Shown here: positions 1 to 8,256 of the stretch, one piece after another | How positions within the stretch are numbered: the first letter of the stretch is position 1 | Layout: each line of letters opens with the position of its first letter | Origin: Flavobacteriales bacterium | GTDB taxonomy: Bacteria; Bacteroidota; Bacteroidia; Flavobacteriales_F; PHOS-HE28 | NCBI GenBank assembly: GCA_039933875.1 | Contig: JBDTNF010000005.1 | Location: 2,373-66,372, forward strand | Length of the DNA stretch: 64,000 nt | Reading direction: 5' to 3' | Translations under genes and position numbers: made by a program | The notes under the pieces: model-generated | What the model was told of the DNA's origin: nothing | What the model saw: the letters and a program-made list of their open reading frames with translations, nothing else | Databases searched by the model: none

Positions 1-18
1 GGGACGCTCTGGTCTGTC

Positions 19-396
19 TCACTTCCTATCCTCCCGATCCCTGCGCGCGAGCACCGCGTATTCTTCGCGGATCCGGTCCAGTTCCTTGTCGTCCATTTCC
101 TCCAGGTCGAGCAGCGAGTTGTTGGCCGTCTCCACCGCGCGGATCAATTCATCGAGCTTGATCTGAAGTGCCTCCGTATCGCGGTTCTGGGTGTTCTGGA
201 TCAGGAACACCATGAGGAAAGTGATGATGGTGGTGCTGGTGTTGATCACCAATTGCCAGGTATCGCTGTAGTCGAAGAGGGGGCCCGTGCACGCCCATAC
301 AACGATCACCAGCACGGCGATGATGAACGTGGCTGGCCTTCCGGTATAGGTGGAGGTCTTCTTGGCGAAGCGGGTGAAGGGAGAGTTGATGGGCAT
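19..396 (-). CDS. low-affinity iron permease family membrane protein (125 aa)
   Basis: ORF 19..630 was trimmed to the Met at 394-396 (MPINSPFTRF...). The core DTWQLVINTSTTIITFLMVFLIQNTQNRD...KLDELIRA matches my memory of the low-affinity iron permease family. Hydrophobic helices are present. Confidence 0.75.
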   Translation of the reverse strand: MPINSPFTRFAKKTSTYTGRPATFIIAVLVIVVWACTGPLFDYSDTWQLVINTSTTIITFLMVFLIQNTQNRDTEALQIKLDELIRAVETANNSLLDLEEMDDKELDRIREEYAVLARRDREDRK

Positions 397-446
397 GGCT
401 TGAGGTGTTCCCCTCAAACCTACCCAAGGCAACCGGCGATCGACAC

Positions 447-1199
447 CTACGGCACCGCCACCTTCTTCACCCACCGCTGTTCCTCCGCTTGTACCCGCAC
501 GAGGTAAACCCCTGCGGCCATAACGCTGAGATGAACGGGCAAGCCATCCCAATCGCGTGCGAGGCATGAACGCCCCATCGCATCCGTGATGGTGAGATGC
601 GCACGCTGCTTCGCATTCAACACCAACCATGGCCCGCCTTCCCCATCAATGACCCGCAGGCCGTTCTCTGACGGGGCCGTCGGAATAGCAGTGAAAAGGC
701 ATTCCTCCATCGCAGCCCAGAAATTCGCAACGGTCGTGCTCGCGACACCCGGCGCGATGGGGCCGGTGACCATGCCACCGGCATAACCGAGCCAGTACGT
801 CCCGCAATTGCTGATGTGATGATCACCGGGCTGTTCCAGATCGGGTGGGAAGCCAGCGGTGATCTCGTTGCCCATGAAGTCTGTGTCATGTAGGCCCCAC
901 ACGACGGTATCGCCATCGTTCCACGTCCCCACATAGTGGCGGCACAGCGCTCCATTGTCGCCCCACACGGTCAGCGTATCACCCACCGAAACGTCCCCAT
1001 GGAAAACCTCGATGACCTTCACACGCATGCCGTAATACACTTCGTTGAGTTTGACCCCCAGAACCACAGCATGGGGTTCGTTCCATTGCGGTTCCAAGGT
1101 TTCGCAGAACGTATAGGGAAGCACCATCGAGCACTCGCACGCCTGCGAAGTGGCATGCAGCAGAAGGGTTCCGGCCAATAGGCTGTATCTGGTCTTCAT
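447..1199 (-). CDS. secreted Cys-x-Cys N-terminus protein (TIMP/NTR-like pattern) with T9SS type A C-terminal sorting domain
   Basis: A signal peptide (MKTRYSLLAGTLLLHATSQA) is followed by CECSMVLPYTFCE. There are six Cys before the tail. The C-terminal LTITDAMGRSCL...GVYLVRV...KKVAVP resembles a Por secretion tail. It is a tandem paralog of 1201..1947. Confidence 0.8.
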   Translation of the reverse strand: MKTRYSLLAGTLLLHATSQACECSMVLPYTFCETLEPQWNEPHAVVLGVKLNEVYYGMRVKVIEVFHGDVSVGDTLTVWGDNGALCRHYVGTWNDGDTVVWGLHDTDFMGNEITAGFPPDLEQPGDHHISNCGTYWLGYAGGMVTGPIAPGVASTTVANFWAAMEECLFTAIPTAPSENGLRVIDGEGGPWLVLNAKQRAHLTITDAMGRSCLARDWDGLPVHLSVMAAGVYLVRVQAEEQRWVKKVAVP

Positions 1200-1200
1200 C

Positions 1201-1947
1201 TCAGTGGAGCATTATTTTCCTTTCGAACTGCCGCTGCTCTGTCCGCACAAGCACGACATAAACCCCGGCGGCCATGCCGGTGAGTTGAAGGGGCGAACCA
1301 TCCCAATCGCGCGCGAGGCATGAGCGGCCCATCGCATCGGTAATGGTGAGATGCGAACGCTGCATCGTTGTCAGTGACAACCATGGTCCGTCCTCTCCTT
1401 CCCAATTGAGCAACCGATCCTCCTGCTCGCTCTCATTCACTCCGGTGGCCAGACACCCGCTCACAAAGTCAGCGAAGTACTCGATGGGGATCGAGGCGTT
1501 CACCCCTTCCTCCGTGAGCGCACCGGTGACCATGCCGTTGGCATAATCCAACCAATACGTACCACAGACGGAGATCAGGTAATCACCCTCCTCTTCGAGC
1601 GGACCTCCCTGATAGTCCGTCCAGCGCAAGGCCCAGACCACCGTGTCGCCCAAACCCCAGGTATCGGCGTACACGCGGCACAACAGGCCCGTATCGCCCC
1701 ATACCCGCAAGGTGTCATCCACGTGGGCCGTTCCGGAAAAGACCGTGAGCACCTTCACATCCATGCCATGCGCGATGCCGCCGACCTTCACGCCCAACAC
1801 CACGGCATCAGGGACCCACCACTCGGGGTTGGGGAACGGCGGGTGCAGCACGCCGCAGAAGGTCTGGGGGCCATAGCACGAGCAGGCCATGGAAGAACCA
1901 GTGCCCAGCAATGTGGTCCAAGCGAGGATGCGTAGTGCTGGTCTCAT
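1201..1947 (-). CDS. secreted Cys-x-Cys N-terminus protein (TIMP/NTR-like pattern) with T9SS type A C-terminal sorting domain
   Basis: A signal peptide (…GTGSSMA) is followed by CSCYGPQTFCG. It has the same six-Cys layout as 447..1199. The HLTITDAMGRSCLARDWDG block is identical to the paralog. Confidence 0.8.
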   Translation of the reverse strand: MRPALRILAWTTLLGTGSSMACSCYGPQTFCGVLHPPFPNPEWWVPDAVVLGVKVGGIAHGMDVKVLTVFSGTAHVDDTLRVWGDTGLLCRVYADTWGLGDTVVWALRWTDYQGGPLEEEGDYLISVCGTYWLDYANGMVTGALTEEGVNASIPIEYFADFVSGCLATGVNESEQEDRLLNWEGEDGPWLSLTTMQRSHLTITDAMGRSCLARDWDGSPLQLTGMAAGVYVVLVRTEQRQFERKIMLH

Positions 1948-2031
1948 GGCAACTCCTTTGGTTCAGGATGGTCAACAGCCAGCGCACGTTGTCCGCATGG
2001 TGACCGATGGTTCACAACACCACGGGCGAGA

Positions 2032-3582
2032 CTATTCTTTCACGAACCGCGTCCGCTCGACCTCGCCACCGAGCGAAAGCACAACGGTGTATAGCCCGGC
2101 CGAGATCCCGTCCAGCGGCAGTGCTTCGCGATAGGTTCCTGCTGTGCGCTGTTGATGTACGAACAGGCTGTACACCCGACGCCCTTGCACATCCCACAAT
2201 TCAAGGCTCACCGGTTGATCGGCAGAAACGGAGAACTCCAGCCACGCTTCATGCACGGCAGGGTTCGGCTGGACACTGAGGCCGCTGGTGCGCATCGCCA
2301 CAGCAGCGATCGACGTGTGGACCTCCGGCTCCAGGCGGATCACAGCGATATCGTTGGGGAAGTTCCCGCAGTCGGTGAGCCCGGTCACCATCACATCGCC
2401 ATCGGTCTGCAGGGCGATGGCATAGGCGACATCCATGGCCTGGCACCCCATGTCCACGAGCACCTTGCCGTCCCCATTGAACGAAGGATCGAGCGCGCCA
2501 TCGGGCAAATAGCGCACTGCGGTGAGATCGGCGAAGGTCGTTTCGCTGGATCCCGTTCCTGTCGCCAGGATGCGACCATCCGGCAGGTAGTAAAGGCCGA
2601 AGATCTCCGGGCAGTCCGGCGAGATCAGCGAACGCACGATCCCATCATCGTCCAGTTCCGGATCCAGCACTCCCTCGGGATCGTAGCGCATCAACTGGAA
2701 CCCCTGGCACTCCCCGTTCAGATCCAGCGGTGCACCACCGCCGATGAGCATGAAGTCGTCGGGTTGCAGCAGGAACGCATGAAAAGAGAAGTCCGCGCCC
2801 GTCAGCAGCACACCGTCCGTGCCGAACGTGGGATCCGGGGTGCCGTCCTCCTCCAGCCTAGTCAGGACAAGCCCGTTGATGGTGCTACACGCGAGCGCGA
2901 TCCTCCCATCGCTGCGCAAACCCATGCCCACATGCCCGGTCAGCGTACCCAAACCGATCGGCACCTCCTGCACGCCATCGATACCGAACGTCGGATCCAG
3001 CGAACCGTCCGGTTCGTAACGCACCACAAGGATCGATCCGCCGACATGCCCGGCACAGATGATCTGGCCAACATCGTTCAATGCCACGGCGGTGTACACT
3101 TCATTGCCATCGAGGTCCGTGATGACCACGCTGTCAACACCGAAGTCCGGATCGAGGGTGCCATCGGCGAGATAGCGCAGCACCAAAGCATCCCGCTGGA
3201 ACCCATCGGCCAGGGTGCCACCCACCAATACCACCGCGTGGTCCTGTTGTTCGACCATCGCGTTGGCGAAGAGGGAACGATCGCCGAAGGTGGTGCTGGC
3301 AATGCCCAGATGACCGAAGGCTTCATCCAATTCCCCATCAGGTCCCACCTGTGCCACAAAGGCCACGGAAAATCCCAAGTCGAATGGCGTAGCCCAACCC
3401 GAGATCAGGGTCATGCCGTCGCCGCGCACGACCATGGCGCTCACTTCATCGATGCTCTGGTCCACATCGATGATCCGGCGCCCCCCATCGCCGAACCCCG
3501 GATCGAGCATCCAGGTCTGGGCCATGGCGGGTGGTGAGGTCAGGAGCAACGAGCACAGGGAGAGCGTTAGGGCTGGTCTCAT
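2032..3582 (-). CDS. delta-60 repeat beta-propeller protein with T9SS type A C-terminal sorting domain
   Basis: A signal peptide is present. LDP(S/T/D)FG.DG motifs recur about every 55-60 aa (DPGFGDGG, LDEAFGHLG, LDPDFGVDS, LDPTFGIDG, PDPTFGTDG, LDPSFNGDG). The C-terminal tail is AGLYTVVLSLGGEVERTRFVKE. Confidence 0.85.
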   Translation of the reverse strand: MRPALTLSLCSLLLTSPPAMAQTWMLDPGFGDGGRRIIDVDQSIDEVSAMVVRGDGMTLISGWATPFDLGFSVAFVAQVGPDGELDEAFGHLGIASTTFGDRSLFANAMVEQQDHAVVLVGGTLADGFQRDALVLRYLADGTLDPDFGVDSVVITDLDGNEVYTAVALNDVGQIICAGHVGGSILVVRYEPDGSLDPTFGIDGVQEVPIGLGTLTGHVGMGLRSDGRIALACSTINGLVLTRLEEDGTPDPTFGTDGVLLTGADFSFHAFLLQPDDFMLIGGGAPLDLNGECQGFQLMRYDPEGVLDPELDDDGIVRSLISPDCPEIFGLYYLPDGRILATGTGSSETTFADLTAVRYLPDGALDPSFNGDGKVLVDMGCQAMDVAYAIALQTDGDVMVTGLTDCGNFPNDIAVIRLEPEVHTSIAAVAMRTSGLSVQPNPAVHEAWLEFSVSADQPVSLELWDVQGRRVYSLFVHQQRTAGTYREALPLDGISAGLYTVVLSLGGEVERTRFVKE

Positions 3583-3689
3583 GGGAGGGTCGTTGGGCTG
3601 CTCGGGCAGGGGAACGTGTTCAATGTAGGCAAGCCCAAGGATCGGCCGCGATGCGGGGCTTCCGGTAACTTCGCCACCCTTTCGATCCC

Positions 3690-5444
3690 ATGTACCGTAC
3701 GCACACCTGTGGCGAGCTCCGCATCGCCGACGCTGGAAAGACCGTGACCCTGGCCGGATGGGTGCAGCGCACCCGCGATCTGGGCGGCATGACCTTCGTT
3801 GACCTGCGCGACCGATATGGCCTCACACAGCTCACGTTCAATACGGACAGCGACGCATCGCTGCGCGAAACGGCTCGCACACTTGGGCGGGAGTTCGTAG
3901 TGCAGGTCACCGGTAAAGTGATCGAGCGCCAGAGCAAGAACGCCAACATGCCCACCGGCGAGGTGGAGATCTTCTGCAGCGAACTGAAGGTGTTGAACGG
4001 GGCGAAGACACCACCCTTCACCATCGAGGACGAGACCGACGGTGGTGACGAGCTACGCATGAAGTACCGCTACCTCGACTTGCGCCGCAACCAGGTGCGC
4101 AAAGGACTGGAGCTGCGCCACCGCATGGCCATCGAGGTCCGCAACTACCTTAGTGCACAGCATTTCATCGAGGTGGAAACGCCCGTGCTCATCAAGAGCA
4201 CGCCCGAAGGTGCGCGCGATTTCGTGGTGCCTAGCCGTATGAACCAGGGGGAGTTCTACGCGCTGCCGCAGAGCCCGCAAACCTTCAAACAGCTGCTGAT
4301 GGTGGCTGGCGTGGATCGCTACTTCCAGATCGTGAAGTGCTTCCGCGATGAGGACCTGCGCGCAGACCGTCAGCCGGAGTTCACGCAGATCGATTGCGAA
4401 ATGGCCTTCGTTGAACGCGAGGACATCCTGCAGGCGTTCGAGGGCATGGCGAAGCATTTGTTCAAGGCGATCCTCGGCAGGGAGTTCCACGAACCCTTCC
4501 TGCGGATGAGCTACGACGACGCGATGCGGGACTATGGCTGCGACAAGCCCGATCTGCGTTTCGGGATGCGGTTCCATGATCTGACCTCGCTCGTGCAAGG
4601 CATGGGCTTCAAGGTGTTCGATGACGCGGAACTTGTTGTAGGAATTAACGCCTCAGGCTGCGCGAATTGGAGCCGGAAACAGACCGACGCACTGATCGAC
4701 TTCGTGAAGCGTCCGCAGATCGGCGCGACGGGGATCGTGTTCCTGAAGTGGACGGAGGAGGGGTTGAAGAGCACGGTGGACAAGTTCTATTCGCCGGAGC
4801 AATTGCAAGCTTGGGCCGCCCACTTCGGCATGAAGCAAGGCGACCTGTTGTGCATCATGGCCGGTGGGGCGGACAGAACACGCAAAGCGCTGAACGAGCT
4901 GCGCCTGCGCCTCGGCGATCTGTTGAACCTGCGCGATCCGTGGAATTTCAAACCGCTGTGGGTCGTTGATTTTCCGCTGTTGGAGAAGGACGAGGCGAGC
5001 GGGCGCTGGCATGCGATGCACCATCCGTTCACCTCACCAATACCGGAGCATGCGCACCTGCTGGAGAGCGATCCCGACGCGGTGAAGGCCAATGCGTACG
5101 ACCTGGTGATCAACGGCACCGAGATCGGCGGTGGCAGTATCCGCATCCACGATCGCGCGATGCAGGAAGCGATGTTCCGCGTGCTTGGCTTCACCGATGA
5201 GGACGCGCGCTACAAATTCGGCTTCCTCCTGGATGCCTTCGAGTACGGCGCTCCCCCGCACGGTGGCGCGGCCTTCGGCTTCGACCGCTGGGTGTCGCTC
5301 TTCGGTGGCCGCAGCGATATCCGCGAGTTCATCGCCTTCCCCAAGAACAACGCCGGGCGTGATACGATGATCGACGCCCCGAGCCGCATCGACGACATCC
5401 AGTTGAAGGAACTGGGGATCGGCGTGAACGAACCGGTCCCTTGA
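3690..5444 (+). CDS. aspS: aspartate--tRNA ligase
   Basis: The 584 aa product starts [11 protein letters not shown]. It carries class II aaRS motifs ([40 protein letters not shown]-like FGFDRW). Confidence 0.97.
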   Translation: MYRTHTCGELRIADAGKTVTLAGWVQRTRDLGGMTFVDLRDRYGLTQLTFNTDSDASLRETARTLGREFVVQVTGKVIERQSKNANMPTGEVEIFCSELKVLNGAKTPPFTIEDETDGGDELRMKYRYLDLRRNQVRKGLELRHRMAIEVRNYLSAQHFIEVETPVLIKSTPEGARDFVVPSRMNQGEFYALPQSPQTFKQLLMVAGVDRYFQIVKCFRDEDLRADRQPEFTQIDCEMAFVEREDILQAFEGMAKHLFKAILGREFHEPFLRMSYDDAMRDYGCDKPDLRFGMRFHDLTSLVQGMGFKVFDDAELVVGINASGCANWSRKQTDALIDFVKRPQIGATGIVFLKWTEEGLKSTVDKFYSPEQLQAWAAHFGMKQGDLLCIMAGGADRTRKALNELRLRLGDLLNLRDPWNFKPLWVVDFPLLEKDEASGRWHAMHHPFTSPIPEHAHLLESDPDAVKANAYDLVINGTEIGGGSIRIHDRAMQEAMFRVLGFTDEDARYKFGFLLDAFEYGAPPHGGAAFGFDRWVSLFGGRSDIREFIAFPKNNAGRDTMIDAPSRIDDIQLKELGIGVNEPVP

Positions 5445-5448
5445 ACCT

Positions 5449-5925
5449 ATGGACGCACGCGACACCGACTTCCTCCGCGAAGCGATCGCCATCGCGCGCG
5501 CCGGCATGGAGCGCGGCGACGGTGGCCCTTTCGGCTGTGTGATCGTGAAGGACGGCCGCGTAGTAGGGCGTGGCAATAACCGCGTCACCAGCACCAACGA
5601 CCCCACCGCACATGCGGAGGTCGTAGCGATCCGGGAGGCCTGCGCAGAGCTCGGCGATTTCCAATTGACCGGTTGTGTGCTCTACACCAGCTGCGAGCCC
5701 TGTCCCATGTGCCTCGGTGCGATCTACTGGGCACGACCCGATCGCGTCGTGTTCGCAGGCACGCGGGTGGATGCCGCCGATGGCGGATTCGACGACCAGT
5801 TGATCTACGACGAACTTCCATTGCCCTACGCCGAGCGCCGAATCCCGACCGAACACGCGTTGCGCGACGAGGCACAAGCCCTCTTCGCCGATTGGAAGAA
5901 GAAGGCGGACAAAGTGCGCTATTGA
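5449..5925 (+). CDS. guaD: guanine deaminase (GuaD-type CDA-fold nucleoside deaminase)
   Basis: GGPFGCVIVKDG...NDPTAHAEVVAIREAC...YTSCEPCPMCLGAIYWARP...GFDDQLIY aligns closely with my memory of Bacillus subtilis GuaD. The HAE and PCxxC zinc motifs are present. Confidence 0.88.
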   Translation: MDARDTDFLREAIAIARAGMERGDGGPFGCVIVKDGRVVGRGNNRVTSTNDPTAHAEVVAIREACAELGDFQLTGCVLYTSCEPCPMCLGAIYWARPDRVVFAGTRVDAADGGFDDQLIYDELPLPYAERRIPTEHALRDEAQALFADWKKKADKVRY

Positions 5926-5981
5926 TCAGCAGCCGGTTCAGCGTGTCCATCGCACTGGCACATACCTCCACAGAAGAGCCG

Positions 5982-6761
5982 ATGGAAGGGCTGTACATGG
6001 GGGTCTCGTTCTTCGTGCTGCTCGCGCTCTACGTGCTCTGGGCGGCACGTAGCGCCGGTTACCTCCGGGGTCCGAAACCGCTTAGCCGGGCACAACGCAC
6101 TGTGCTAGCCAGGTACGGCCTCCATTACCAACGGCTGCGTCCAGCACAAAAGCCACGGTACGAACGCATCGTTTCCATATTCGTGAACGACAAGGAGTGG
6201 GTCGGCGCTGGCATCGTGGTGACCGAAGAAATGAAAGTGATGATCGGTGCATGCGCGGCCCAGTTGCTCCACGGATTCGAGGACGTGGAACTGATGCACT
6301 TCGACCGGATCGTTGTGTATCCCGATAGCTACCGCTCGCACCGGAGCGGCAGGCTGCAACAAGGCGAGGTGCGGCCCAGGGTGGGCATGATCATCATCTC
6401 GTGGCACGACTTCCTGCAAGGCTACACCCACAGCGGCGACGCGCACAATGTGGGCCTGCACGAGATGGCCCACGCCATCTGGTTCGAGAACACCATCATC
6501 AATGGCGAGGACCATTTCCTGCATCCTCCTTTCCTCCAGAAGTGGAACGAACTGGCGACCATCGAGATCGCGAACATCCATGCTGGTGAACATGGCTTTT
6601 TCCGGGATTACGCCGGAACCAATGACGCCGAGTTCTTCGCTGTGGCAGTGGAATACCTGTTCGAGCGACCCTTGGAGTTCCGGGACGCCCGTCCAGAGTT
6701 GTATGCCCACCTGTGTGGCCTGTTGAAACAGGATCCCGCCACGGTGCTCTCGTTGAATTGA
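5982..6761 (+). CDS. zinc-dependent peptidase, MtfA/M90 family-like
   Basis: ORF 5673..6761 was trimmed to the Met at 5982. An N-terminal TM helix, the HEMAH zinc motif and NDAEFFAVAVEYLFERP are typical of MtfA-like proteins. Confidence 0.8.
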   Translation: MEGLYMGVSFFVLLALYVLWAARSAGYLRGPKPLSRAQRTVLARYGLHYQRLRPAQKPRYERIVSIFVNDKEWVGAGIVVTEEMKVMIGACAAQLLHGFEDVELMHFDRIVVYPDSYRSHRSGRLQQGEVRPRVGMIIISWHDFLQGYTHSGDAHNVGLHEMAHAIWFENTIINGEDHFLHPPFLQKWNELATIEIANIHAGEHGFFRDYAGTNDAEFFAVAVEYLFERPLEFRDARPELYAHLCGLLKQDPATVLSLN

Positions 6762-6769
6762 AGAAGCCT

Positions 6770-6965
6770 CGATGTGCCTGGGTGAGTTCCACCGGCCATG
6801 CCCCCGACCCTGTCGTGTTCGGCAGCATGCGCGGATGCTGCGAATGCGGGTTTGGATGACCAGTTGATCCACAACCAGCTTCCCCTGCGTTACGGGAAGC
6901 GGCGTATCGCCACAGACCACTCCCCGCTTGAAGAGGGCCTGGCCCCTTCGCCCCCTATCGCCAGC
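6770..6965 (+). pseudogene. decayed duplicate of the 3' third of the guanine deaminase gene
   Basis: By-eye nucleotide alignment to 5706..5895 shares atgtgcct, gtcgtgttcg, gaccagttgatc and other blocks. The fragment is frameshifted after MCLG. A translated remnant ...DDQLIHNQLPLRYGKRRI matches ...DDQLIYDELPLPYAERRI. Confidence 0.7.
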
Positions 6966-7090
6966 GACAAGACGACCTGGTCGTGCTGCATTCCCCATCG
7001 GCAGTGCAGCCGGGGCGATCCAAAAGCCCAAGCTCCCGGACGGACGGAACCCGGACCACCAAAACGCGTTGAAGGGGACCGCTGATCCCA

Positions 7091-7939
7091 GTGGCACGAC
7101 CGATGAGAACCACGCTGCTCTTCCTTCTTGCTCTTGCCGGGGCCGGGACCGTCCAGGCACAAACCTCGACATGGGACGTTCATCCCCTGAACACAACCCC
7201 CTGCCCGGAGTGGATCTACCCCGCCCCCGGATGTGGAGGGTGTTCATCCTGTCGCATGGCGATCGATACCGATGCCAACTTGATGGACGGGGGGCTTTTG
7301 CGCTGGAGTGATGATCTGGTGATCTGCCCCCATCCGATCGATAACCAAGGCAACAACGTGGTGCTGACCACCGGGTGGCCCATTGAAGCGGATCCCCATT
7401 CATTCCTCTACGGGCGGGTGGATCTGCACCAGGCCATGCACATCGACACGCTGGAGGTGATCTGCGCACGCGGGAATGGTGGTCCTGACTCCATCGACGT
7501 GGCGGTTCAATTCAATGTGACCGACTCGCTTCACACCACCACCGTCCTGCAAGGTGCTTTGACCAATGAATTCATCACGTACACAGCGACCGATCTTGGC
7601 TGTGCCCCGATGATCGACCAACAGTCCGGCTGGATGAACGTCTACCTGCAGGCCCATGGGGGCGATCTGGGGTTCCTTCTCAAACAAATACGCGTGGTCG
7701 CCTCACCCTGCGCCTTCACCCCGGTCGAGGACATGGGTCAGGAAGCCATCCTCTTTTTACCCACAGCGGGTGGTGTGAACATCACGGTCATCCAGCCGAC
7801 GGATGTGGTCATCGCCGATGCTCTGGGTAGGCGGACTTTCCAAAAGAGATCCGCTGCTGGAACGGAGTTCATTCCCCTGAACCAAGGCCTGAACATCGTT
7901 CGCGTAGGCGGGGTGACGAGGAAGTTCATCGGCGAGTGA
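7091..7939 (+). CDS. secreted hypothetical protein with probable T9SS type A C-terminal sorting domain
   Basis: The signal peptide is MARPMRTTLLFLLALAGAGTVQAQ. The N-terminal region is Cys-rich. The C-terminal tail is VNITVIQPTDVVIADALGRR...GLNIVRVGGVTRKFI. Confidence 0.7.
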   Translation: MARPMRTTLLFLLALAGAGTVQAQTSTWDVHPLNTTPCPEWIYPAPGCGGCSSCRMAIDTDANLMDGGLLRWSDDLVICPHPIDNQGNNVVLTTGWPIEADPHSFLYGRVDLHQAMHIDTLEVICARGNGGPDSIDVAVQFNVTDSLHTTTVLQGALTNEFITYTATDLGCAPMIDQQSGWMNVYLQAHGGDLGFLLKQIRVVASPCAFTPVEDMGQEAILFLPTAGGVNITVIQPTDVVIADALGRRTFQKRSAAGTEFIPLNQGLNIVRVGGVTRKFIGE

Positions 7940-8029
7940 TCGAAGTTCCCCTCACCACGAAAGGGGAAACAGGTTAACACAACCCGATTTTAAGCCCCGC
8001 AGGGCATTTCGCCGCTTTCCCAAAAAGTC

Positions 8030-8049
8030 GAAGCCCCTTCCGGGGCTTC
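8030..8049 (-). terminator. intrinsic terminator downstream of tRNA-Gln
   Basis: The hairpin is gaagcccc-ttcc-ggggcttc. On the minus strand it is followed by GACTTTTTG. Confidence 0.7.
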
Positions 8050-8056
8050 GTTCACT

Positions 8057-8132
8057 TGGTTGACCGACCAGGGCTCGAACCTGGACTCTTCTGAACCAAA
8101 ATCAGACGTGTTGCCAGTTACACCATCGGTCA
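8057..8132 (-). tRNA. tRNA-Gln (anticodon UUG), CCA encoded
   Basis: A manual cloverleaf fold gives acceptor TGACCGA/TCGGTCA with U1:A72, D arm GTGT..ACAC, anticodon arm TCTGA-TTTTGGT-TCAGA and T arm CCAGG-TTCGAGC-CCTGG. Total length is 76 nt. Confidence 0.9.
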
Positions 8133-8256
8133 CTACCGCCCTGCTCTCGCAAAGCGCGGCAAAAGTAACAACCTGCGCCGTTCCGCAACAAACCCGCACC
8201 ACCTTCGGCCAAGGACTTTCGGTATTTTCGCCGCTTCCCGCACCGCACCCCCGCAC

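Noticed and set aside
2152-3537. A 461-aa plus-strand ORF opposite the delta-60 repeat gene.
   Set aside because: It is a shadow ORF. Its composition is skewed (R/H/G/A) with no motifs, whereas the minus-strand frame has a signal peptide, periodic repeats and a T9SS tail.
6105-7469. A 454-aa minus-strand ORF spanning the peptidase gene, the deaminase fragment and the start of the 7091 gene.
   Set aside because: It crosses three independent features and has Arg/Pro/Gly-rich junk composition with no motifs.
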